From Octopus bimaculoides (lineage: Eukaryota), in the NCBI RefSeq assembly GCF_001194135.2, contig NC_068994.1, positions 44,179,931 to 44,243,930 of the forward strand: a stretch of 64,000 nt of DNA, given 5' to 3'. Below, one piece after another: positions 37,886 through 51,120 of this stretch. The notes under the pieces were generated by a model, which had not been told where the DNA came from, did not search any database, and saw nothing but the letters and a program-made list of their open reading frames with translations. A program made the position numbers and the translations under genes. Within the stretch, counting starts at the first letter, position 1. Each line of letters begins with the position of its first letter.

Positions 37886-39509
37886 GTAAATTTAATATCA
37901 ATAATATTTGTTGTCTCTAAATTTCTTCTTCATTGTCAATGAAAGGACAACGTATTTACTCTACAAGTAAAAACTTTAGGCAATGTTTCGTTATGTATTT
38001 ACTGTGCAGATAAAAAGCATGACAATTGAATTTACTGATGATGTATTTGTCATCATCACGTATTTACTAGTGATTAAGTTCTATTGCTATATAATAATTT
38101 GCAATTGAATTACCAACTGATAAAATTATAAGCTATGTATTAACTGTGATATAAGTACCTGCAATGAATTTACTTGCATAGAATTTACCAGATATGTGAA
38201 TTTCTTTGTCTCTGTTTTATGCTTGAATAAGTGATGATAGGACAAGTATCCAGCAGTATGAATAATTACTCTGACACAAAATGTTGCCTTATTCATTCTA
38301 GTACTGAAGTTTTGGGAATGAATAAAAGAAACTCAAACAGTTTTATCCATCATCTAATTAACCACAAGGTAACTTTGCCAACATTAACTCAGCAAGGTGT
38401 TTTATATTCTATGTTAGTGAAGTTAGCAGGCTAAAGTGTATGATTTTATATGTTTAACCAAACTTACTTTTAAGAACAGATATAAACTTTTTATACATTC
38501 AGAAAACAAGGAACATCATCTCTTTCTCACTATATATATGGCAACTAAAAGATCACAAATTTTAATTGCTATGGTCTATAATCAGGGTTAGAATTTAACA
38601 AACCATATTCTTAGCAATCTGAATTGTGCTGTTTATTACAACAGTGAAAAATTCTTCATTTTGATATCTTCTGTTAACCTGCTGAATTCATGAATTCAGC
38701 AAATGAGATACTTTCAAAATGCCATCACTAGAACAAGTTGATCCTTGAGGCGTTGCATTCTTTCTACAGGTTAATTCACTGCAATTTTATACAAGGAATT
38801 TCTTTGAAATTCTTTGACTTTCTAAAAATTTCCCTAAAGTTCATTATGAATGTAACTCTTATTTTTCAGCCAAAAGTTTGCAAGTAACTAAATGTTGACC
38901 ATAGATATTTCATAAAAAATTGAAAGCTACTTGTAAACCATCTCTGTCACCCTTTGTCTTTTTCTCATAATTGATCAAGGAATTTGAATCTGTCTACTAA
39001 ATCTTGTGACCGTATCTTCTATATTTTACTGCATTTTGACTATATTTTACTTCATTGATTTCTTTTTTTTTTTTTGTTCTAAATATAACGTCTTTGTCCT
39101 TCTTTTCTATTTCCTTTCGTTTTTCTATCTTCTCTTCTTTACATTACTTTCTTTCTGTTTCTATATTCTATAACCCCTCCTTCTTCCCAACTCCTTTCTC
39201 TCAGGCCACAGCTAATTTTTGCTCAAATCTATTCTGCTGAAGAATGAAACCCATCAGAAATATGACACCTTTCCTCATAACTAAAGAAAATAATCATATA
39301 TTTGTCTGTAAAATGTTGTATGCCTTTTGACTTTATTTTAATAGTATTCTATTGTATTTTAGAGCTTTTTAAAAATTAAAGTGAATGATTAATTGCTTTT
39401 TCTGTGGTGTCATTTATGTTTCTCTGTACTTCAGTATATCTACTTTTTTTCCCCTTTATTATCTAAAGCTCCTTTTCTCTTCATCTCATCCTCTCTCTGC
39501 ATCCCTACT

Positions 39510-39552
<43 letters not shown>

Positions 39553-40369
39553 CACAGTCAGTTATCTTTACCATAAACCTTATGTATAATTTATTTTTTC
39601 TAATAACTATAACCCTCCCATCTAGTTTTTAACACTGTATTTCTACTTCTTACTTCTCTTCCTGTTCATCTTAATATGACCCCAAATTCATCCATTACTC
39701 TCTCTTTACTGATTCTTTCTATGAACATTTAGTTGTCTTACTCATTTTATTTGTTTTCACACTCCCCTGCAATAAACACAACCTTTCTCCATAAATCTTA
39801 TTGCATTCAATAGTAAACCGCAATAGACCAAATTCTTTCTTTCATTTATAATCATCCCTCTATATTTCTATATTTCTTTATCTTGTCCTTTTTTTAATTT
39901 TGTCTTTATTTCCTCTTTCTTTCATGTTCCTTCCTCTGCCTCTCTATTCCTTTCTGTTCATAGATTTTTATTTAAATAACTTATTAATAAGTAAATGCTT
40001 TATATTCAACTTAAAATTTTTAGTATCTAAGGAATTACAAGCCTTGTTTTGATCAAATATTTGACCCCCACATAAGCCCGTAATTAAAACATGTAAGTTA
40101 TTTCGGTTTGTAAATAGAAACCCCAATCATAGGGGTTTTTTTTTGCTCAAAGAGATTTAAAATGGTTACTACAAATATACGCCCTTAAGCAGTAAAGAAT
40201 CTACTGCCCTGCTGACTGGATTATGAATGTCAAAATCTTAGGGACCATACCTTCCAGAAAACAGTTGCTGAAGAAGTTGCAATCCTCAGTGACACAGCTA
40301 ATGTATGTGTGTGCCATCAGGGGCAGCCCTTCAGTTTGTTACTATCCTACCACCACCACCACCATTGTC

Positions 40370-40525
40370 CCTAACCACCACCATTGCCCCAACCACCACC
40401 ATTGCCCCAACCACCACCATTGCCCCAACCACCACCATTGCCCCAACCACCACCATTGCCCCAACCACCACCATTGCCCCAACCACCACCGTTGCCCCAA
40501 CCACCACCATTGCCCCCACCACTAT
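40370..40525. repeat. 18-bp minisatellite (CCAACCACCACCATTGCC)n, ~8 copies
   Basis: Direct reading. Confidence 0.95.
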
Positions 40526-40564
40526 CACCTCTGCCATGAACACAAACACAGAAAACACACAATC

Positions 40565-40870
40565 ATATCATCATCATCATCGTTTAGTATCTGCTTTCCA
40601 TGCTGGCATGGGTTAGACGGTTATGATATGGAGCTGGGTAGCAGGGAGCTGTCCAGACTCCTGCTCTCTGTTGTGGCATGGTTTCTATGGCTGGATGCCA
40701 TTCCTAATGCCAACCACTTAACAGAATGTGCTGGGTGTTTTTTACATGCCACCGGCATTGGTGCGTTCATGCGGAACCAGCACGGGTGCTTTTTAAGTGA
40801 CGGCCACACTTGAAAAGACAAGCCTGTATGTGTGGAAGACAGCAACTATACTTAGCTTGACATGTCTTAA
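40565..40870 (-). mobile_element. Family D element
   Basis: (CAT)n-cgtttagtatctgctttccatgctggcatgggtt...gctggatgccattcctaatgccaaccact. Confidence 0.8.
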
Positions 40871-41936
40871 ACACACACAGACACACATATGCAATTACCA
40901 CATAACAAATCCGACTCTCCACAAGGCATCAGTAAACTAAACACTGCCATATAAGATTAAAGCACTTAAGCGAAGGTGTCGTTCATGGAATTGAACCGGG
41001 AACCACATTACTGTGAAGCAATCTTGTAAATCATGCAACCATGACTTTACCTGTTCATGTAGTTCTCTATTTTGACGATAGACAGTAGTCACTGCTGACA
41101 TTAGCAGAATTGAAATCTCTTATATTCGCAATATTTTTAGATTACCTTCAGGCAGGGTTACATGCCAACATCGTAAAATCAAATTTAACTTGCTTCTTCA
41201 CTACAGACATTTTCTAACTAACATTTGCTGACATCTCTTCTCTGTTTTGGACTCTGTACTGTTAGGCAGATATTCGCCAGCATCGTCATCGTCATCACCA
41301 GCAGCAGCAGCAGCACCACCACCACCATCATCATCATTGTTGTTATCGTCGTCGTCATTGTCGTTGTCATCATCATTATCGCTGTCGCCATCATCATCAT
41401 CATCATTCCCCATTGTCATCATTGTCATCATCATCACTGTCATTCCTGTCATCATCACTATCATCATAATCAATACCACCATCATCGCCATCATCATCAT
41501 CATCCTCGTCATCATCATCATCCTCGTCATCATCATCAGCATCCTCATCATCATTATCCTCTTCTTCTTCTTCTTCATCTCCTCCTTCTTCATAACAACT
41601 GCTGCCACCACCATCACCACCACTACTAACACAACCATTTTCTTTTTCATGCTATTGACTATGTTAACCATTGTGTTTTTCATTTCTTAAAACAGTAATG
41701 TATCATCCAAAGATAGATTTAGTTGTTGGTTTTTTTTTGTCTTTTTGTTTTTCTGCTAGCAAGACAAACAAATGCATAGAGGCTGTTTCATTCAGTAGAA
41801 GTCATTGTTGTTACAAGTTTAGATGTCCTCACCAGAACCTCAACAAAACATCAGCAAACTGATATAGTTTGATAGTTGATTTACCTAGTCTTCAAAAACA
41901 AAAGCAGATTTTTTCATGAAAGACATCCCTGATATG

Positions 41937-42500
41937 CAGCACTGGATTAACCATTAAACAAAAGAAATTCATGCTTAGAGCATCAATGATGGTGGTAGTG
42001 GGCACCCACAGAAATGGTAAATGGTTTATGGCACAAATGAAATCACTACAAACTTGCTAAAATAGTATATAGTTTACCTTTACTTAGTATAGAAGCAGAT
42101 GGGTTACGTACGATTAATTTTGAGGATCTGATTAAAGATTTTGAGTTAAAAAAAGTAGAAAACTTTTCAACTATGAATAAAGTGGAAGCATACAAAAATA
42201 AACATTATTTTTCCAACTTACTGTTAGTTTTGTTTCATTTTGAAAAATTGAATATCATTTTATGGTTTATTATTGTTTATATGTTGGTGTTAGGAAGGGC
42301 ATCCAACCATAGGAACCTGCCAAATCAGACTGGAGTCTGGTGCAGCTACTCAGCTTGCTAGCCATGGTCAAACCATCCAACCCATGCCAGCATGGCTTAC
42401 AGATGAAAATATTGAAAAAACAAAATATTTTGAATTATATATTGTGGGAGCACCAAACTTTTTTTAAGTGCTTGAAGCTTCTATGGGTTTTAATCCAGAA
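41937..42500 (+). mobile_element. hAT-derived non-autonomous element interrupted by a family D insertion (~42280-42410)
   Basis: Starts cagcactggattaacc, ends ttaatccag; colinear with 56342-56725. Confidence 0.65.
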
Positions 42501-43689
42501 CTCGTTTTAACTATTTCAAATCTTGACACACACAGCCAGCAATCTCTGCCTGTTCATGTAGTTCTCTATTTACATCAACCCCCAGTACATGACTGCTATT
42601 TTATTTTATCAACACCTGAGAGGATAAAGGGCAAAGCCTGACCTGGGCAGGATTTGAATTGCGATAAAAAATAAGACTTAACATCAGTGAAATCTTGTCT
42701 GGGTAACTATTACATTCACTGGAATGCGTCAGTAAGTTATATGCTACATGTGGTTACATGTTTCCAGTCGCTGATTAACTGCATTGCTGAAGGTAAGAGT
42801 GATGAGAGAATGCCAGTGCAACTTGGGTGAAACAAATACCACATGAGATAATGACAGGAAGAGCAAAATGATGAACAGTCAGCAAATACAACTAGAGACA
42901 GATTTATCAGACAGGAGCAAGGAAATAATAAATCAAAAATGTATTATTTAATGAGAAAGCCTCTAATACGGTCGATTTACTTGCTAGAAATTTCAGCCAA
43001 ATTTCCTCAGATTTTATTATACCATATCAATAAAAAAAAAATGACACATTAGCCAATGTAGTTCAAGATAAAGAAAAAAATGACAAGATTGCCGTAATTG
43101 AAATCCTTTTGATCATAAGGTTAGCTCAACTAGAGCTAGAAAAATAACATCAACAACAATTATAATTAATTAAACAACACAACGTTGTTTAACAAATATT
43201 GTATAAAAAAAGTTTGTGAAGAAGTTTTAAAAAAAAATAAAATAAAAGCATTTGGGAGAAATAAAATCATGTTGGTTTTCTGTGAGAAGAATCAATATTT
43301 TAACATTCCAGTCTAAGCTATGTCTTCTTCTCATGACTCACTTAAATATCTTACATTTTGACTTGTTACAGACTGGATAGTCGATAGTGTAAACCACCAT
43401 CGGTTTCCTTTCCAAAGTGTAAGGATTACCTTTGGAGATATGTTACGATTACAAATGATATGTTGCAATTGCAAACTGTGCAATTGTAAATGGCCTGGTT
43501 AAATATTGTAGGAGCAGCAGACATGGTTGAATGGCTAAGAAACTCATTTTGCAGCCTTGTGAGTTTCAAGTTCAGTTCTGCTATGTGGAACTTTGGGCAA
43601 GTGCACTCTATTTTAGCTGCGGAATGATCGGTGCTTTGTGAATGGGATTCGTTTAACTGCTTGGAAGCTCATCATATATGTGTGTGTGT

Positions 43690-44170
43690 ATGTGTGTATG
43701 TGCAGCTATGTACCTTTGTGCATATGTGTGTATGTGCAGCTATGTACCTTTGTGCATATGTTTTTATGTGCAGCTATGTACCTTTGTGCATGTGTGTGTG
43801 TATGTGTGCATGTGCAGCTATGTACCTTTGTGCATGTGTGGATGTGCAGCTATGTACCTTTGTGCATGTGTGTGTATGTGTGCATGTGCAGCTATGTACC
43901 TTTGTGCATGTGTGTATGTGCAGCTATGTATCNNNNNNNNNNTGTGCATGTGCAGCTATGTACCTTTGTGCATGTGTGTATGTGCAGCTATGTATCTTTG
44001 TGCATGTGCGTGTGTGTGTGCATGTGCAGCTATGTACCTTTGTGCATGTGTGTGTATGTGCAGCTATGTACCTTTGTGCATGTGTGTGTATATGTGTATG
44101 TGCAGTTATGTACCTTTGTGCATGTGTGTGTATGTGTGCATGTGCAGTTATGTACCTTTGTGCATGAGTG
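43690..44170. repeat. Composite minisatellite: 24-bp core TGTGCAGCTATGTACCTTTGTGCA + variable (TG)n spacer
   Basis: About 13 cores; a 10-N gap lies inside the array. Confidence 0.92.
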
Positions 44171-44469
44171 TGGTGTGTGTGTGTGTGTGTGTATTTATAT
44201 ACTATAGATCACTTATAATCATACTAACAAGTAGGTGATAAGTATAACTCCATGTCCCATGTAAAGCTAATGCTCTTTATCACATCACATTACACAAGCA
44301 CAATATGTGTGTGTGTGTGTGTGCGCACGTGTGTATGTGCGTATGTATATGTGTTTATACATATATAATCTATCATCCTTTTACTTGTTTAAATTATTGG
44401 AACACACACAGATAAGGTATACAAATACTAAAAGCAGGATATACACAATTAATATTCTTTGACTATTCT

Positions 44470-44690
44470 AAGGCAGCAAGTTGGTAGAATCGATAGCATG
44501 CCATGTGAAATGCTTAGTGGCATTTTGTCTGTCTTCACATTCTGGGTTCAAATTCTGCCCAAGTAGATTTTGACTTTTATCCTTCCAGAGTTAATGAAGT
44601 AAGTACCAGTTGAGTACTGGGGTTGATATAATCAACTTAACCCGTTATTCTGAAATTGTTGGCATTGTGCCAAAATTTGAAATCAATATT
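44470..44690 (+). mobile_element. SINE-B
   Basis: ggcagcaagttggtagaatcgatagc...gggttcaaattctgcc...ggcattgtgccaaaatttgaaatcaatatt. Confidence 0.85.
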
Positions 44691-45359
44691 TGACGATTCT
44701 GAACAAGAAACTTTCAGCAAAGCGGCATGACTGTAGTGTCAGATGTGACATGCTGACCATCATATAACTAGTTTTATTTCTCTCTTCTGTTTTATTCTGA
44801 CGTGCACATTGCATTTTTATTCTTCCCTTCCATTTTATGAATTCAGTATGCACATGCACACTGCATGTTCATACTTCTCTTTCCGGTTCCTACCCAAAAC
44901 CGTTTACAGATCATAACCATCTTGTGAACCTGCATTTGTGAGGAGTGCTTCACGCTCCGTTGGTTGTGAAAAAATACAGAAGGAAATAATTTTTTAAAAG
45001 AATGTCTTTTTTATTTGATCCACCATACCACTCTTTAAAATGCATAGCCAAGCTCCCCTTTTGAACAACTAGCCCTACTATAAGCACAAGGCCTGAAATT
45101 TGGGGGAAGGGAACTAATCAGTTACATTGACCCCAGTTCTTGACTGGTACTCATTTCATCGACCCCATAACTCAATAGCTTAGTAAAACAGACTGACAGG
45201 ATAAGTAACAGGCTTTAAAAAATTATAAGGGATGACTTGTTTGACTAAACCCTTCAAGGTGGTGCTCCAGCTTGGCCACAGTCCAATGACTGAAACAAAT
45301 AGAAGATGAAAGGTATCAGTCTTTTAAATGTATAAGGCAAGCTCCCACTATTAGCTCAG

Positions 45360-45576
45360 TTAACCCTTTAGCAATTAAACCAAAATATTCAACATGTTTT
45401 ACATTCAAATTGGCCATATCTAACTTCTCACACCTAACCTACACTAACATTTTGAAAATAAACAATCACATTATCGGAACCTCAAAGCTAAAAGATTATC
45501 CATAGTCAATTCAAAACATTTTGAGTTAAAAAAAGGGATTGCATTTAACAGAATAATCTGAAGATTAAAGGGCTAA
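45360..45576. mobile_element. piggyBac-like MITE
   Basis: TTAA-ccctttagca...taaaggg-ctaa; internal similarity to 29839-30060. Confidence 0.65.
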
Positions 45577-45693
45577 ATAATAAGGATCACATATACGACT
45601 GTCAAGATAAGTTATATGACTTGAGGTCAACTTTGCTTTTCATCCTTTCAGGGTCCATCTACCAATAAATATATATATATATATATATATATA

Positions 45694-46100
45694 TCATCAT
45701 CATCATCATCATCATCATCATTTAACGTCTGCTTTCCATGCTAGCATGGGTTGGACGATTTGACTGAGGACTGGCAGACCAGATGGCTGCACCAGGCTCC
45801 AATCTGATTTGGCAGAGTTTCTACAGCTGGATGCCCTTCCTAACGCCAACCACTCAGAGAGTGTAGTGGGTGCTTTTACGTGTCACCCGCACGAAGGCCA
45901 GTCAGGNNNNNNNNNNTTCTACAGCTGGATGCCCTTCCTAACGCCAACCACTCAGAGAGTGTAGTGGGTGCTTTTACGTGTCACCCGCACGAAGGCCAGT
46001 CAGGCGGTACTGGCAACGGCCACGCTCAAAATAGTGTATTTTATGTGCCACCCGCACAAGAGCCAATCCAGGGGCACTGGCAACGATCTCGCTTAAAAAT
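45694..46100 (-). mobile_element. Family D element (young), flanked by (TA)n on both sides
   Basis: Near identical to the RTE 3' UTR at 17805-18077; a segment is repeated across an internal gap. Confidence 0.9.
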
Positions 46101-48299
46101 CCTACGACGGCCAGTCGATGATATATATATATATATATATATACACATACATATATATATATATATATATGTATGTATGTGCACACACACACACATATAC
46201 ACACACACAATGGGCTTCTTTCAGTTTCTGTCAACCAGATCCACTTATGAGGCTTTGATCAGTTTGAAGCTATAGTAGAAAAACACTTGCCCAAGGTAGT
46301 GTGACTGAACCCAGAACGTTGTTGGGAAGCCACGTCTGTTGTAAAAACAAAACAAAAATTTAAAAAAAAACAACAACGATATCCTTTTTAAATGTCTAGC
46401 CAAGCTCTTTTATTGAACTGCTAGCCCAGTTAAATAGTAGGGACCACATTACCGTTGATTTGAAACATAAGACAGAGCAAGTATGTATATAAGACTTGCA
46501 ACACTACAATGACATCGATGTTATCAAAGCCTACGTATTATGCTGTGAAAAAAGAAAGAGAATGATGTGTTTTTAGTTGATCCAGCTCAATAGTGTTTTG
46601 TTGTATTATATAGTCCATTTGTTTCATTATTCAGACAACGAAAATCAGTGTCTAAACAATGAGAGCCTATCACACAAGATTTATTACACTACATAAAGTT
46701 CACTGCCCACATAGAAAATCTTCTCCTTCTTTTATTTCGTTTCCCCCTCCGTCACCATCATTACAAACATGACTGCTGCTGCTGCCGCTGCCGCCCTCCG
46801 CCCTGGGCCAAAACTGATTTTGTGTATGTAAGTGTATATTTGTGTCTGTGTGTGTGTATGTGTGTGTATGTGTGTATGTGCATACATCGTTGTGTGTGTG
46901 TGCGGGTGCATATGTGTGGCTGTCTCTCTGTGTGCATATCGGAATGTGTGTGTGTGTGTGTGTGTGTGTGTGTTGTGTCGTGTGTGTGTGTGTGTGTTGT
47001 GTCGTGTGTGTGTGTGTCACTTTTGAATTATTGACTTATTTTTCACTGTTCTATATCATGATTGATTGCTCTGTCATGGTTCAATGCAACAACAACAACA
47101 ACATCAGCAGCAGCAGCAACAACAACAACAACATTATAACAAAAAAAAATGGCTTTGTCACGATCACAAGAGGAAAGTTTATTCACAATCCAGGAAAATA
47201 ACAATAAAATTAACTTTTTACCTCCTCAGTATCCACATCAAAAGAAAGATTCACTGATGTCTCCCTCCGCTCCTCCCCCCTCTCTTCCTCTCTCTCTCTC
47301 TCTCATCTATTCCAGCAGTGTTTGCAGCCAGCATGCCAACCAGCCAACCAGCCAGTTAAACAACCAGGCTTTTTGCCAGTAGACAGCTTGCCATCTTGTC
47401 TCTTGATCTTTGAAAACACTATACTTCAACACCATAATTACTGACTATGAGAAGAAATCAGTTCTATTTACCATATAGCATCATAATCGTCCATCGTCAG
47501 CGCCATCGTCATCATCATCATCAGCATTGTCGTCGTAAAATCGTTGTTGCCCGCATCATCGTTGTAACACTGTCATTATCCTCTTGATCCTCATTGAGCG
47601 ATCCTCCTCATCATTGTCGTCATCATTGTCGTCAGCGCAATCATCGTCATCATCACCATCGTCATCATCATTAGCATCATCAGCATCATCATCATCATCA
47701 TCACCTCCATCATCATATTCATCATCACTCCTAATCATCCACATCATCATATTTGTCATTCTCAACTTCCTCATCACCTTCATGATCACCATCATTATCA
47801 TCATCATCATCATCAACATCATCATCATCATCATCATCATCAACATCATCTTCATCACCACCACCATCACCATCATCACCACAACCACCATCACCGCCAC
47901 CACCATCACCGCCACCACCATCACCACCACCATCATCACCATCAAATTATTGTATTATTTCAATGTTGGCTCCTGTTGCTATATATCAATTTACATGTTG
48001 ATCTTCCATGTCTTTTGTACAATTTTGCTTCAGGTTTGGCCATATTGTTTACGCATGGTTTCTCTCCAATCCTCAGTCACTGTAACACCACACACACCAA
48101 GTGTATTTATTTTGACAATAAGTATGAGAGTTCTCTTGGATAGAGGTTTTGGGGTTCATAGGGGTTACTCAGTGTTAGCTCAAGTACCCATGTCAGAAAA
48201 TTTGAGCTTACCCCTTTGAACATGGAAAGCAGATATGGTTATAGTTAGTCCACATTACTCCATAAAGAGCATAGGGCTGTCTTCTTGGTTTATCAGACA

Positions 48300-49165
48300 T
48301 ATATATTCCTTCCTGGATGGGATGCTGATCCATTGCAGGGTTACTCATTTTCACCAGTTGAGTGGACTCAAGGAATGTAAACACAATGTATTGCCCACTC
48401 CAGGAATCAAAACCACAGTCTTATGATCATGAGTACAACTCCCTAACCACTAAGCCATGACCCTAGAAAGCAAATATATTCACTCAATGTTTTATTACTA
48501 TTAACAACAGCAAGCTGGCAAAATTATTAGCATGCCAGACAAAATGCTCAGTGGTATTCCGTCTGTCTTTACGTTCTGAGGTCAACTTTGCTTTTCGTCC
48601 TTATGGGGTCAATAAAATAACCACCAATCAAGTTCTGGGGTCAATGTAATCGATTTCACTCCTTCCCCGGAATTGCTGGCCTTCTGCCAAAAATTTGAAA
48701 TCAATATTTTATTACCATTAACTGCAGAAAGTAGTTTTACCTCACAACTTAGTGAAAAACCTCTCCTTATGTTATGAAAAGTGAAAACACTCCCAGAGAC
48801 ACCTTTTGCAAAAGAATTTTTCAGATTTTCTAATTTTTTTTTTTTTTATCAAATATCTCCTTAAACAGCAACAAGCAAATACTTTCAGTGGTGGATATGA
48901 AAACCATAACTATAGGAGACACTGAAAAAGTATTGCAGAAACAGAAAATATTGGTTTCAAATTTTGGCACAAGACCAGCAATTTCAGGGGAGTGAGTAGA
49001 TCAATTACATCAACCCCAGTGCTCAACTGGTACTTATTTTATCAACACTGGAAAGATAAAAGGCAAAGTCGACTTTGACAGAATTTGAACACAGAACAAA
49101 AACAGACAAGATGCTGTGAAGCATTTTGCCTGGCACAGTAACAATTCTGCTAGCTTGCTGCCTTA
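48300..49165. mobile_element. Cluster: SINE-C (-) 48300-48460, SINE-B (+) 48505-48710, SINE-B (-) 48945-49165
   Basis: Family-diagnostic heads and tails. Confidence 0.8.
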
Positions 49166-49629
49166 GAAGCAGAAAATATTAGTTCTATATTTTGATGGAT
49201 CATCAACATCATTAGAACGATGATGAAATTAGAATGACCATGAAATTTAAGTTTGCAGTCAAAGAGTTAAGCTTTATTTTCTACAATTTCAACCTATAAC
49301 AGGACAGCAATGCATTTTTACCCACCTCAAATGACTGAAAATTGTTTTCCTTTTCTCCTTACATGAAGACTTAGACTAAGCATTAGAGCTCATAAGGAAG
49401 AAGCCTAGATTGGTTTCTAAGAAGTAGAATGGGGTGCCAGCCAGTCACAGGGTTAAGTTCCCAGCTATTGCTGGAACCCATTTACGACTGAGTAGACTGG
49501 GGCAATATGAAATAAATGATCATGTTCGTGAACACAGTGCAACAGCAGGTCCAAGAATTGAAATTATGATCTTATAACTGGGAATGGAATGCAACACATT
49601 AACCACTAGGTAAAGGTGAGGTGAAGGTT

Positions 49630-50295
49630 ACCTTCTCAAGTTATGCTGACTCATAAGGGCCAGTTCCTCAGTTTCCATGGCACATAAATTCCCCACCTGG
49701 ATGTGACACCGGTCTGTTGCAAGATTATAAATTTTTTTGCCAGCTGAATAGACTGGAGCAATGTGAAATGAAGTGTCTTGCTCAAGAACACAATGTGTCA
49801 CCCAGTCCAGGAATTGAAACCACAATCTTATGATCATGAGTCCAACACCCTAATTACTCATTTTTACCAGCTGCGTGGACTGGAGCAATGTGAAATGAAG
49901 TGCTTTGCTCAAGAACACAATGCATCGCCCGGTCCAGGAATCAAAACCACAATCTTACAATCATGAGTCCAACACCCTAACCACTAAGCCAANNNNNNNN
50001 NNNNNNNNNNNNNNNNNNNNNNNNNNNNNNNNNNNNNNNNNNNNNNNNNNNNNNNNNNNNNNNNNNNNNNNNNNNNNNNNCTTGCTCAAGAACACAATGT
50101 GTCACCCAGTCCAGGAATTGAAACCACAATCTTATGATCATGAGTCCAACACCCTAATTACTCATTTTTACCAGCTGCGTGGACTGGAGCAATGTGAAAT
50201 GAAGTGCTTTGCTCAAGAACACAATGCATCGCCCGGTCCAGGAATCAAAACCACAATCTTACAATCATGAGTCCAACACCCTAACCACTAAGCCA
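49630..50295 (-). mobile_element. SINE-C with tandem head+core units (part duplicated across gap)
   Basis: ggactggagcaatgtgaaatgaagtg...gctcaagaacacaatg repeated four times. Confidence 0.8.
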
Positions 50296-50369
50296 AGTAC
50301 CTCTACATTAGCCACTAGATCATGCACCTAACAAGAAGAAAAAAAATTAATCTTGTAACCTAATTAAAC

Positions 50370-50585
50370 TGGTTTCAAATTTTGGCATAAGGCCAGCAAG
50401 TTTTTGGAAGCTGGTAAGTTAATTACATGAACCCCCAGTACTCAACTGGTACTTATCTTATCAATCTTGAGAGGATGAAAAGCAAAGTTGACCTAGGTAG
50501 AATTTGAACTCAGAACATAAAGACAAACAAAATGCCACTAAGCATTATGCCCAGAGTGCTAACGATTCTGCCAGCTCACTGCCTT
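50370..50585 (-). mobile_element. SINE-B
   Basis: ggtttcaaattttggcataaggccagc...tttgaactcagaac...gattctgccagctcactgcc. Confidence 0.85.
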
Positions 50586-51120
50586 ATGTAACCAAACTAA
50601 ATTAAGATTTGCTTAATAACATATAAATTTTGCATATAAATTCTACTAAAACTTACAGGAAAATTCTTTATGACATCAACTTATTTTTACTCTAAATTTT
50701 ACTTTTAGTTAGCTAAATTAACAATTTTTTTTTTAAATACAGTTTAAACTAGAGTATTAAAAATTTTCATTTAGCAAACTATATCTGAAATCTTCAGCAG
50801 CAGTTGCATTTTAAAGTGTTTTGCAAGGCAGTATTGATAGAGATACATAAATTCACTTGAAATGGGGGTGAAAATGGTGAAAAGAGAAATTAATACAGTG
50901 GTGTGAAAGGAGCTCAAAGCAGTCAGAACTAGCATCAAAGCTGGTAATAGCTTTTCTAAGTTGATGGATGCAAATGGGATGTATGGAAAGTTACTGAAGA
51001 TATTTACAGCACTTGTTGTTGTTGTTTTGGGGTCTAGATGAGGAGAAAATAAAATCTTTGATAAGATGTTTTCTCTTTCTTTTCAATTTTTTTTTTTAAC
51101 CAAATAAGGTGATTGTTGTT

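Noticed and set aside
38679-38698. 20-bp perfect palindrome gctgaattcatgaattcagc
   Set aside because: Short, isolated and without context; insufficient to interpret.
43690-44170. CRISPR-like repeat/spacer appearance
   Set aside because: Spacers are (TG)n slippage products rather than unique sequence; eukaryotic context and no cas genes.
47066-47382. Poly-Q and MALSRSQEE... ORFs
   Set aside because: Built on (CAA/CAG)n and (CT)n repeats with no splice or homology support.
49780-50295. Direct duplications across gaps (also 45817-46003 and 52648-53152)
   Set aside because: Near-identical sequence on both sides of an N run is typical of unmerged overlapping contig ends.
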